Source of the DNA: Auanema rhodensis
Lineage: Eukaryota; Animalia; Nematoda
NCBI GenBank assembly: GCA_964057225.1
Contig: OZ059900.1
Location: 8,866,001 to 8,930,000, forward strand
DNA: 64,000 bases
Reading direction: 5' to 3'
A program made the position numbers and the translations under genes. Numbering within the stretch: the first letter of the stretch is position 1; each line of letters opens with the position of its first letter. The notes beneath the pieces were generated by a model that was not told the DNA's origin, did not search any database, and saw only the letters and a list, made by a program, of their open reading frames with translations. Positions 1 to 12,950 of this stretch are shown one piece after another.

Positions 1-3000
1 CTGTATGTTTTGATCAGACCCTTTGAGATATGGATTTGAAATTCAGGATTCATAAACTTTGACTATTTTTACATATATATGTCCAATTTTAACCACTTTG
101 GTCAAAAAGGACCGAAAATATCAAGAATTATTGGTTTTTTGGGGTTTGAAGGGCATTTTGGCTAAATCAGTCAAACTTTTGATCTTAAGCATATTTTTTT
201 CTTCTAAAACGACTAAATGTATGGAATACTGTCATAGAATGTTGATATAAGTGTATTTTGCACGAATATCAAAACTGATTGAAATATGGGCCTTTTTATG
301 CTCAAAACGCCATATATTCAACGATTTTGGTTACAAAACATGTGAAAACTGTATGTTTTGATCAGACCCTTTGAGATATGGATTTGGAATTCAGGATTCA
401 TTAACTTTGACTATTTTCACATATATATGTTCAATTTTAACCACTTTGGTCAAAAAGGACCGAAAATATCAAGAATTATTGGTTTTTTGGGTTTGAAGGA
501 CATTTTGGCTAAATCAGTCAAACTTTTGATCTTAAGCATATTTTTTTCTTCTAAAACGACTAAATGTATGAAATACTGTCATAGAATGTTCATATAGGTG
601 TATGTTGCACGAATATCAAAACTGATTGAAATATGGGCCTTTTTAAGCTCAAAACGCCATATATTCAACGATTTTGGGTACAAAACATGTGAAAACTGTA
701 TGTTTTGATCAGACCCTTTGAGATATGGATTTGAAATTCAGGATTCATAAACTTTGACTATTTTTACATATATATGTCCAATTTTAACCACTTTGGTCAA
801 AAAGGACCGAAAATATCAAGAATTATTGGTTTTTTGGGGTTTGAAGGGCATTTTGGCAAAATCAGTCAAACTTTTGATCTTAAGCATATTTTTTTCTTCT
901 AAAACGACTAAATGTATGAAATACTGTCAAAGAATGTTCATATAGGTGTATTTTGCACGAATATCAAAACTGATTGAAATATGGGCCTTTTTATGCTCAA
1001 AACGCCATATATTCAACGATTTTGGGTACAAAACATGTGAAAACTGTATGTTTTGATCAGACCCTTTGAGATATGGATTTGAAATTCAGGTTTCATAAAC
1101 TTTGACTATTTTTACATATATATGTTCAATTTTAACCACTTTGGTCAAAAAGGACCGAAAATATCAAGAATTATTGGTTTTTTGGGGTTTGAAGGGCATT
1201 TTGGCAAAATCAGTCAAACTTTTGATCTTAAGCATATTTTTTTCTTCTAAAACGACTAAATGTATAAAATACTGTCAAAGAATGTTCATATAGGTGTATT
1301 TTGCACGAATATCAAAACTGATTGAAATATGGGCCTTTTTATGCTCAAAACGCCATATATTCAACGATTTTGGGTACAAAACATGTGAAAACTGTATGTT
1401 TTGATCAGACCCTTTGAGATATGGATTTGAAATTCAGGATTCATAAACTTTGACTATTTTTACATATATATGACCAATTTTAACCACTTTGGTCAAAAAG
1501 GACCGAAAATATCAAGAATTATTGGTTTTTTGGGGTTTGAAGGGCATTTTGGCTAAATCAGTCAAACTTTTGATCTTAAGCATATTTTTTTCTTCTAAAA
1601 CGACTAAATGTATAAAATACTGTCATAGAATGTTCATATAGGTGTATTTTGCACGAATATCAAAACTGATTGAAATATGGGTCTTTTTATGCTCAAAACG
1701 CCTTATATTCAACGATTTTGGGTACAAAACATGTGAAAACTGTATGTTTTGATCAGACCCTTTGAGATATGGATTTGAAATTCAGGTTTCATAAACTTTG
1801 ACTATTTTTACATATATATGTTCAATTTTAACCACTTTGGTCAAAAAGGACCGAAAATATCAAGAATTATTGGTTTTTTGGGGTTTGAAGGGCATTTTGG
1901 CAAAATCAGTCAAACTTTTGATCTTAAGCATATTTTTTTCTTCTAAAACGACTAAATGTATAAAATACTGTCATAGAATGTTCATATAGGTGTATTTTGC
2001 ACGAATATCAAAACTGATTGAAATATGGGTCTTTTTATGCTCAAAACGCCTTATATTCAACGATTTTGGGTACAAAACATGTGAAAACTGTATGTTTTGA
2101 TCAGACCCTTTGAGATATGGATTTGAAATTCAGGATTCATAAACTTTGACTATTTTTACATATATATGTCCAATTTTAACCACTTTGGTCAAAAAGGACC
2201 GAAAATATCAAGAATTATTGGTTTTTTGGGGATTGAAGGGCATTTTGGCAAAATCAGTCAAACTTTTGATCTTAAGCATATTTTTTTCTTCTAAAACGAC
2301 TAAATGTATGAAATACTGTCATAGAATGTTCATATAGGTGTATTTTGCACGAATATCAAAACTGATTGAAATATGGGCCTTTTTATGCTCAAAACGCCAT
2401 ATATTCAACGATTTTGGGTACAAAACATGTGAAAACTGTATGTTTTGATCAGACCCTTTGAGATATGGATTTGAAATTCAGGATTCATAAACTTTGACTA
2501 TTTTTACATATATATGTCCAATTTTAACCACTTTGGTCAAAAAGGACCGAAAATATCAAGAATTATTGGTTTTTTGGGGTTTGAAGGGCATTTTGGCTAA
2601 ATCAGTCAAACTTTTGATCTTAAGCATATTTTTTTCTTCTAAAACGACTAAATGTATGGAATACTGTCATAGAATGTTGATATAAGTGTATTTTGCACGA
2701 ATATCAAAACTGATTGAAATATGGGCCTTTTTATGCTCAAAACGCCATATATTCAACGATTTTGGTTACAAAACATGTGAAAACTGTATGTTTTGATCAG
2801 ACCCTTTGAGATATGGATTTGGAATTCAGGATTCATTAACTTTGACTATTTTCACATATATATGTTCAATTTTAACCACTTTGGTCAAAAAGGACCGAAA
2901 ATATCAAGAATTATTGGTTTTTTGGGTTTGAAGGACATTTTGGCTAAATCAGTCAAACTTTTGATCTTAAGCATATTTTTTTCTTCTAAAACGACTAAAT

Positions 3001-3830
3001 GTATGAAATACTGTCATAGAATGTTCATATAGGTGTATGTTGCACGAATATCAAAACTGATTGAAATATGGGCCTTTTTAAGCTCAAAACGCCATATATT
3101 CAACGATTTTGGGTACAAAACATGTGAAAACTGTATGTTTTGATCAGACCCTTTGAGATATGGATTTGAAATTCAGGATTCATAAACTTTGACTATTTTT
3201 ACATATATATGTCCAATTTTAACCACTTTGGTCAAAAAGGACCGAAAATATCAAGAATTATTGGTTTTTTGGGGTTTGAAGGCATTTTGGCAAAATCAGT
3301 CAAACTTTTGATCTTAAGCATATTTTTTTCTTCTAAAACGACTAAATGTATGAAATACTGTCAAAGAATTTTCATATAGGTGTATTTTGCACGAATATCA
3401 AAACTGATTGAAATATGGGCCTTTTTATGCTCAAAACGCCATATATTCAACGATTTTGGGTACAAAACATGTGAAAACTGTATGTTTTGATCAGACCCTT
3501 TGAGATATGGATTTGAAATTCAGGTTTCATAAACTTTGACTATTTTTACATATATATGTTCAATTTTAACCACTTTGGTCAAAAAGGACCGAAAATATCA
3601 AGAATTATTGGTTTTTTGGGGTTTGAAGGGCATTTTGGCAAAATCAGTCAAACTTTTGATCTTAAGCATATTTTTTTCTTCTAAAACGACTAAATGTATA
3701 AAATACTGTCATAGAATGTTCATATAGGTGTATTTTGCACGAATATCAAAACTGATTGAAATATGGGCCTTTTTATGCTCAAAACGCCATATATTCAACG
3801 ATTTTGGGTACAAAACATGTGAAAACTGTA
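1..3830 (+). repeat. Local higher-order duplication, 7-monomer offset (2435 bp); bounds approximate
   Basis: The distinctive 347-bp monomer (ggttacaaaa, ggatttggaattc, cattaac) and the following tgttgcac and tttaagct variants recur; ORFs 59/2494 and 358/2793. Confidence 0.85.
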
Positions 3831-5710
3831 TGTTTTGATCAGACCCTTTGAGATATGGATTTGAAATTCAGGATTCATAAACTTTGACTATTTTTACATA
3901 TATATGTCCAATTTTAACCACTTTGGTCAAAAAGGACCGAAAATATCAAGAATTATTGGTTTTTTGGGGTTTGAAGGGCATTTTGGCTAAATCAGTCAAA
4001 CTTTTGATCTTAAGCATATTTTTTTCTTCTAAAACGACTAAATGTATAAAATACTGTCATAGAATGTTCATATAGGTGTATTTTGCACGAATATCAAAAC
4101 TGATTGAAATATGGGCCTTTTTATGCTCAAAACGCCATATATTCAACGATTTTGGGTACAAAACATGTGAAAACTGTATGTTTTGATCAGACCCTTTGAG
4201 ATATGGATTTGAAATTCAGGATTCATAAACTTTGACTATTTTTACATATATATGTCCAATTTTAACCACTTTGGTCAAAAAGGACCGAAAATATCAAGAA
4301 TTATTGGTTTTTTGGGGTTTGAAGGACATTTTGGCTAAATCAGTCAAACTTTTGATCTTAAGCATATTTTTTTCTTCTAAAACGACTAAATGTATGAAAT
4401 ACTGTCATAGAATGTTCATATAGGTGTATTTTGCACGAATATCAAAACTGATTGAAATATGGGTCTTTTTATGCTCAAAACGCCATATATTCAACGATTT
4501 TGGGTACAAAACATGTGAAAACTGTATGTTTTGATTAGACCCTTTGAGATATGGATTTGAAATTCAGGATTCATAAACTTTGACTATTTTTACATATATA
4601 TGTCCAATTTTAACCACTTTGGTCAAAAAGGACCGAAAATATCAAGAATTATTGGTTTTTTGGGGTTTGAAGGGCATTTTGGCAAAATCAGTCAAACTTT
4701 TGATCTTAAGCATATTTTTTTCTTCTAAAACGACTAAATGTATGAAATACTGTCAAAGAATGTTCATATAGGTGTATTTTGCACGAATATCAAAACTGAT
4801 TGAAATATGGGCCTTTTTATGCTCAAAACGCCATATATTCAACGATTTTGGGTACAAAACATGTGAAAACTGTATGTTTTGATCAGACCCTTTGAGATAT
4901 GGATTTGAAATTCAGGATTCATAAACTTTGACTATTTTTACATATATATGTTCAATTTTAACCACTTTGGTCAAAAAGGACCGAAAATATCAAGAATTAT
5001 TGGTTTTTTGGGGATTGTAGGGCATTTTGGCAAAATCAGTCAAACTTTTGATCTTAAGCATACTTTTCTCTTCTAAAACGACTAAATGTATGGAATACTG
5101 TCATAGAATGTTGATATAGGTGTATTTTGCACGAATATCAAAACTGATTGAAATATGGGCCTTTTTATGCTCAAAACGCCATATATTCAACGATTTTGGG
5201 TACAAAACATGTGAAAACTGTATGTTTTGATCAGACCCTTTGAGATATGGATTTGAAATTCAGGATTCATAAACTTTGACTATTTTTACATATATATGTT
5301 CAATTTTAACCACTTTGGTCAAAAAGGACCGAAAATATCAAGAATTATTGGTTTTTTGGGGATTGAAGGGCATTTTGGCAAAATCAGTCAAACTTTTGAT
5401 CTTAAGCATATTTTTTTCTTCTAAAACGACTAAATGTATGGAATACTGTCAAAGAATGTTCATATAGGTGTATTTTGCACGAATATCAAAACTGATTGAA
5501 ATATGGGCCTTTTTATGCTCAAAACGCCATATATTCAACGATTTTGGGTACAAAACATGTGAAAACTGTATGTTTTGATCAGACCCTTTGAGATATGGAT
5601 TTGAAATTCAGGATTCATAAACTTTGACTATTTTTACATATATATGTTCAATTTTAACCACTTTGGTCAAAAAGGACCGAAAATATCAAGAATTATTGGT
5701 TTTTTGGGGA
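1..5710 (+). repeat. Forward-oriented satellite block (~16.4 monomers)
   Basis: Monomers read ...gaccgaaaatatcaagaattattggttttttgggg...; ORF copies lie on + from 59 to 5624. Confidence 0.97.
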
Positions 5711-5775
5711 GATATTTCAATCAGTTTCGATCAAGAATTATTGGTTTTTTGGGGAGATATTTCAATCAGTTTCGA
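5686..5775. repeat. 2 x 45-bp tandem duplication spanning the main inversion junction
   Basis: tcaagaattattggttttttggggagatatttcaatcagtttcga occurs at 5686-5730 and 5731-5775. The first half is forward satellite and the second half is reverse satellite. Confidence 0.95.
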
Positions 5776-8700
5776 TATTCGTGCAAAATACACCTATATC
5801 AACATTCTATGACAGTATTCCATACATTTAGTCGTTTTAGAAGAAAAAAATATGCTTAAGATCAAAAGTTTGACTGATTTTGCCAAAATGCCCTTCAATC
5901 CCCAAAAAACCAATAATTCTTGATATTTTCGGTCCTTTTTGACCAAAGTGGTTAAAATTGGACATATATATGTAGAAATAGTCGAAGTTTATGAATCCTG
6001 AATTTCAAATCCATATCTCAAAGGGTCTGATCAAAACATACAGTTTTCACATGTTTTGTACCCAAAATCGTTGAATATATGGCGTTTTGAGCATAAAAAG
6101 GCCCATATTTCAATCAGTTTTGATATTCGTGCAAAATACACCTATATCAACATTCTATGACAGTATTCCATACATTTAGTCGTTTTAGAAGAGAAAAGTA
6201 TGCTTAAGATCAAAAGTTTGACTGATTTTGCCAAAATGCCCTACAATCCCCAAAAAACCAATAATTCTTGATATTTTCGGTCCTTTTTGACCAAAGTGGT
6301 TAAAATTGAACATATATATGTAAAAATAGTCAAAGTTTATGAATCCTGAATTTCAAATCCATATCTCAAAGGGTCTGATCAAAACATACAGTTTTCACAT
6401 GTTTTGTACCCAAAATCGTTGAATATATGGCGTTTTGAGCATAAAAAGGCCCATATTTCAATCAGTTTTGATATTTGTGCAAAATACACCTATATGAACA
6501 TTCTTTGACAGTATTTCATACATTTAGTCGTTTTAGAAGAAAAAAATATGCTTAAGATCAAAAGTTTGACTGATTTTGCCAAAATGCCCTTCAAACCCCA
6601 AAAAACCAATAATTCTTGATATTTTCGGTCCTTTTTGACCAAAGTGGTTAAAATTGGACATATATATGTAAAAATAGTCAAAGTTTATGAATCCTGAATT
6701 TCAAATCCATATCTCAAAGGGTCTGATCAAAACATACAGTTTTCACATGTTTTGTACCCAAAATCGTTGAATATATGGCGTTTTGAGCATAAAAAGACCC
6801 ATATTTCAATCAGTTTTGATATTCGTGCAAAATACACCTATATGAACATTCTATGACAGTATTTCATACATTTAGTCGTTTTAGAAGAAAAAAATATGCT
6901 TAAGATCAAAAGTTTGACTGATTTAGCCAAAATGTCCTTCAAACCCCAAAAAACCAATAATTCTTGATATTTTCGGTCCTTTTTGACCAAAGTGGTTAAA
7001 ATTAAACATATATATGTGAAAATAGTCAAAGTTTATGAATCCTGAATTTCAAATCCATATCTCAAAGGGTCTGATCAAAACATACAGTTTTCACATGTTT
7101 TGTACCCAAAATCGTTGAATATATGGCGTTTTGAGCATAAAAAGGCCCATATTTCAATCAGTTTTGATATTCGTGCAAAATACACTTATATCAACATTCT
7201 ATGACAGTATTCCATACATTTAGTCGTTTTAGAAGAAAAAAATATGCTTAAGATCAAAAGTTTGACTGATTTAGCCAAAATGCCCTTCAAACCCCAAAAA
7301 ACCAATAATTCTTGATATTTTCGGTCCTTTTTGACCAAAGTGGTTAAAATTGGACATATATATGTAAAAATAGTCAAAGTTTATGAATCCTGAATTTCAA
7401 ATCCATATCTCAAAGGGTCTGATCAAAACATACAGTTTTCACATGTTTTGTACCCAAAATCGTTGAATATATGGCGTTTTGAGCATAAAAAGGCCCATAT
7501 TTCAATCAGTTTTGATAATCGTGCAAAATACACCTATATGAACATTCTATGACAGTATTCCATACATTTAGTCGTTTTAGAAGAAAAAAATATGCTTAAG
7601 ATCAAAAGTTTGACTGATTTTGCCAAAATGCCCTTCAATCCCCAAAAAACCAATAATTCTTGATATTTTCGGTCCTTTTTGACCAAAGTGGTTAAAATTG
7701 AACATATATATGTAAAAATAGTCAAAGTTTATGAATCCTGAATTTCAAATCCATATCTCAAAGGGTCTGATCAAAACATACAGTTTTCACATGTTTTGTA
7801 CCCAAAATCGTTGAATATATGGCGTTTTGAGCATAAAAAGGCCCATATTTCAATCAGTTTTGATATTCGTGCAAAATACACCTATATGAACATTCTTTGA
7901 CAGTATTTCATACATTTAGTCGTTTTAGAAGAAAAAAATATGCTTAAGATCAAAAGTTTGACTGATTTTGCCAAAATGCCCTTCAAACCCCAAAAAACCA
8001 ATAATTCTTGATATTTTCGGTCCTTTTTGACCAAAGTGGTTAAAATTGGACATATATATGTAAAAATAGTCAAAGTTTATGAATCCTGAATTTCAAATCC
8101 ATATCTCAAAGGGTCTGATCAAAACATACAGTTTTCACATGTTTTGTACCCAAAATCGTTGAATATATGGCGTTTTGAGCTTAAAAAGGCCCATATTTCA
8201 ATCAGTTTTGATATTCGTGCAACATACACCTATATCAACATTCTATGACAGTATTCCATACATTTAGTCGTTTTAGAAGAAAAAAATATGCTTAAGATCA
8301 AAAGTTTGACTGATTTTGCCAAAATGCCCTTCAATCCCCAAAAAACCAATAATTCTTGATATTTTCGGTCCTTTTTGACCAAAGTGGTTAAAATTGAACA
8401 TATATATGTAAAAATAGTCAAAGTTTATGAATCCTGAATTTCAAATCCATATCTCAAAGGGTCTGATCAAAACATACAGTTTTCACATGTTTTGTACCCA
8501 AAATCGTTGAATATATGGCGTTTTGAGCATAAAAAGGCCCATATTTCAATCAGTTTTGATATTCGTGCAAAATACACCTATATGAACATTCTTTGACAGT
8601 ATTCCATACATTTAGTCGTTTTAGAAGAAAAAAATATGCTTAAGATCAAAAGTTTGACTGATTTTGCCAAAATGCCCTTCAATCCCCAAAAAACCAATAA

Positions 8701-8899
8701 TTCTTGATATTTTCGGTCCTTTTTGACCAAAGTGGTTAAAATTGAACATATATATGTAAAAATAGTCAAAGTTTATGAATCCTGAATTTCAAATCCATAT
8801 CTCAAAGGGTCTGATCAAAACATACAGTTTTCACATGTTTTGTACCCAAAATCGTTGAATATATGGCGTTTTGAGCATAAAAAGGCCCATATTTCAATC

Positions 8900-11800
8900 A
8901 GTTTTGATATTCGTGCAAAATACACCTATATGAACATTCTTTGACAGTATTTCATACATTTAGTCGTTTTAGAAGAAAAAAATATGCTTAAGATCAAAAG
9001 TTTGACTGATTTTGCCAAAATGCCCTTCAAACCCCAAAAAACCAATAATTCTTGATATTTTCGGTCCTTTTTGACCAAAGTGGTTAAAATTGGACATATA
9101 TATGTAGAAATAGTCGAAGTTTATGAATCCTGAATTTCAAATCCATATCTCAAAGGGTCTGATCAAAACATACAGTTTTCACATGTTTTGTACCCAAAAT
9201 CGTTGAATATATGGCGTTTTGAGCATAAAAAGGCCCATATTTCAATCAGTTTTGATATTCGTGCAAAATACACCTATATCAACATTCTATGACAGTATTC
9301 CATACATTTAGTCGTTTTAGAAGAGAAAAGTATGCTTAAGATCAAAAGTTTGACTGATTTTGCCAAAATGCCCTACAATCCCCAAAAAACCAATAATTCT
9401 TGATATTTTCGGTCCTTTTTGACCAAAGTGGTTAAAATTGAACATATATATGTAAAAATAGTCAAAGTTTATGAATCCTGAATTTCAAATCCATATCTCA
9501 AAGGGTCTGATCAAAACATACAGTTTTCACATGTTTTGTACCCAAAATCGTTGAATATATGGCGTTTTGAGCATAAAAAGGCCCATATTTCAATCAGTTT
9601 TGATATTCGTGCAAAATACACCTATATGAACATTCTTTGACAGTATTTCATACATTTAGTCGTTTTAGAAGAAAAAAATATGCTTAAGATCAAAAGTTTG
9701 ACTGATTTTGCCAAAATGCCCTTCAAACCCCAAAAAACCAATAATTCTTGATATTTTCGGTCCTTTTTGACCAAAGTGGTTAAAATTGGACATATATATG
9801 TAAAAATAGTCAAAGTTTATGAATCCTGAATTTCAAATCCATATCTCAAAGGGTCTGATCAAAACATACAGTTTTCACATGTTTTGTACCCAAAATCGTT
9901 GAATATATGGCGTTTTGAGCATAAAAAGACCCATATTTCAATCAGTTTTGATATTCGTGCAAAATACACCCATATGAACATTCTATGACAGTATTTCATA
10001 CATTTAGTCGTTTTAGAAGAAAAAAATATGCTTAAGATCAAAAGTTTGACTGATTTAGCCAAAATGTCCTTCAAACCCCAAAAAACCAATAATTCTTGAT
10101 ATTTTCGGTCCTTTTTGACCAAAGTGGTTAAAATTAAACATATATATGTGAAAATAGTCAAAGTTTATGAATCCTGAATTTCAAATCCATATCTCAAAGG
10201 GTCTGATCAAAACATACAGTTTTCACATGTTTTGTACCCAAAATCGTTGAATATATGGCGTTTTGAGCATAAAAAGGCCCATATTTCAATCAGTTTTGAT
10301 ATTCGTGCAAAATACACTTATATCAACATTCTATGACAGTATTCCATACATTTAGTCGTTTTAGAAGAAAAAAATATGCTTAAGATCAAAAGTTTGACTG
10401 ATTTAGCCAAAATGCCCTTCAAACCCCAAAAAACCAATAATTCTTGATATTTTCGGTCCTTTTTGACCAAAGTGGTTAAAATTGGACATATATATGTAAA
10501 AATAGTCAAAGTTTATGAATCCTGAATTTCAAATCCATATCTCAAAGGGTCTGATCAAAACATACAGTTTTCACATGTTTTGTACCCAAAATCGTTGAAT
10601 ATATGGCGTTTTGAGCATAAAAAGGCCCATATTTCAATCAGTTTTGATATTCGTGCAAAATACACCTATATGAACATTCTATGACAGTATTTTATACATT
10701 TAGTCGTTTTAGAAGAAAAAAATATGCTTAAGATCAAAAGTTTGACTGATTTTGCCAAAATGCCCTTCAATCCCCAAAAAACCAATAATTCTTGATATTT
10801 TCGGTCCTTTTTGACCAAAGTGGTTAAAATTGAACATATATATGTAAAAATAGTCAAAGTTTATGAATCCTGAATTTCAAATCCATATCTCAAAGGGTCT
10901 GATCAAAACATACAGTTTTCACATGTTTTGTACCCAAAATCGTTGAATATATGGCGTTTTGAGCATAAAAAGGCCCATATTTCAATCAGTTTTGATATTC
11001 GTGCAAAATACACCTATATGAACATTCTTTGACAGTATTTCATACATTTAGTCGTTTTAGAAGAAAAAAATATGCTTAAGATCAAAAGTTTGACTGATTT
11101 TGCCAAAATGCCCTTCAAACCCCAAAAAACCAATAATTCTTGATATTTTCGGTCCTTTTTGACCAAAGTGGTTAAAATTGGACATATATATGTAGAAATA
11201 GTCGAAGTTTATGAATCCTGAATTTCAAATCCATATCTCAAAGGGTCTGATCAAAACATACAGTTTTCACATGTTTTGTACCCAAAATCGTTGAATATAT
11301 GGCGTTTTGAGCATAAAAAGGCCCATATTTCAATCAGTTTTGATATTCGTGCAAAATACACCTATATCAACATTCTATGACAGTATTCCATACATTTAGT
11401 CGTTTTAGAAGAGAAAAGTATGCTTAAGATCAAAAGTTTGACTGATTTTGCCAAAATGCCCTACAATCCCCAAAAAACCAATAATTCTTGATATTTTCGG
11501 TCCTTTTTGACCAAAGTGGTTAAAATTGAACATATATATGTAAAAATAGTCAAAGTTTATGAATCCTGAATTTCAAATCCATATCTCAAAGGGTCTGATC
11601 AAAACATACAGTTTTCACATGTTTTGTACCCAAAATCGTTGAATATATGGCGTTTTGAGCATAAAAAGGCCCATATTTCAATCAGTTTTGATATTCGTGC
11701 AAAATACACCTATATGAACATTCTTTGACAGTATTTCATACATTTAGTCGTTTTAGAAGAAAAAAATATGCTTAAGATCAAAAGTTTGACTGATTTTGCC

Positions 11801-12950
11801 AAAATGCCCTTCAAACCCCAAAAAACCAATAATTCTTGATATTTTCGGTCCTTTTTGACCAAAGTGGTTAAAATTGGACATATATATGTAAAAATAGTCA
11901 AAGTTTATGAATCCTGAATTTCAAATCCATATCTCAAAGGGTCTGATCAAAACATACAGTTTTCACATGTTTTGTACCCAAAATCGTTGAATATATGGCG
12001 TTTTGAGCATAAAAAGACCCATATTTCAATCAGTTTTGATATTCGTGCAAAATACACCCATATGAACATTCTATGACAGTATTTCATACATTTAGTCGTT
12101 TTAGAAGAAAAAAATATGCTTAAGATCAAAAGTTTGACTGATTTAGCCAAAATGTCCTTCAAACCCCAAAAAACCAATAATTCTTGATATTTTCGGTCCT
12201 TTTTGACCAAAGTGGTTAAAATTAAACATATATATGTGAAAATAGTCAAAGTTTATGAATCCTGAATTTCAAATCCATATCTCAAAGGGTCTGATCAAAA
12301 CATACAGTTTTCACATGTTTTGTACCCAAAATCGTTGAATATATGGCGTTTTGAGCATAAAAAGGCCCATATTTCAATCAGTTTTGATATTCGTGCAAAA
12401 TACACTTATATCAACATTCTATGACAGTATTCCATACATTTAGTCGTTTTAGAAGAAAAAAATATGCTTAAGATCAAAAGTTTGACTGATTTAGCCAAAA
12501 TGCCCTTCAAACCCCAAAAAACCAATAATTCTTGATATTTTCGGTCCTTTTTGACCAAAGTGGTTAAAATTGGACATATATATGTAAAAATAGTCAAAGT
12601 TTATGAATCCTGAATTTCAAATCCATATCTCAAAGGGTCTGATCAAAACATACAGTTTTCACATGTTTTGTACCCAAAATCGTTGAATATATGGCGTTTT
12701 GAGCATAAAAAGGCCCATATTTCAATCAGTTTTGATATTCGTGCAAAATACACCTATATGAACATTCTATGACAGTATTTTATACATTTAGTCGTTTTAG
12801 AAGAAAAAAATATGCTTAAGATCAAAAGTTTGACTGATTTTGCCAAAATGCCCTTCAAACCCCAAAAAACCAATAATTCTTGATATTTTCGGTCCTTTTT
12901 GACCAAAGTGGTTAAAATTGAACATATATATGTAAAAATAGTCAAAGTTT
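8900..12950 (-). repeat. Local 6-monomer higher-order repeat (2088 bp) x2; bounds approximate
   Basis: ORF pairs 9622/11710, 9859/11947, 10318/12406 and 10666/12754; variant gagaaaagta at 9323 and 11411 (also at 6191, a 9-monomer offset). Confidence 0.88.

Noticed and set aside
1-348. Monomer as a dimer of ~174-bp subunits
   Set aside because: Short internal matches have inconsistent offsets (ttttgatc 169, aatatcaa 148, ga[g/a]atatgg 256). No colinear half-to-half similarity is visible by eye, though the length would fit two nucleosomes.
1-348. Assignment to a named satellite family or organism (I recall satellites of similar length in Brassicaceae and insects)
   Set aside because: Length alone is not diagnostic and I do not recognise the sequence. 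A BLASTN search against nt, Repbase or PlantSat is needed. Centromeric function is likewise unproven without ChIP or FISH.
1-348. 5S rDNA, tRNA, snRNA or spliced-leader tandem gene unit
   Set aside because: No recognisable 5S, tRNA or other RNA-gene sequence and no Pol III boxes; uniformly ~30% GC.
1-348. 10-bp phased A/T tracts (DNA curvature)
   Set aside because: Many A/T tracts are present, but I could not establish periodicity by eye; it needs an autocorrelation or curvature calculation.
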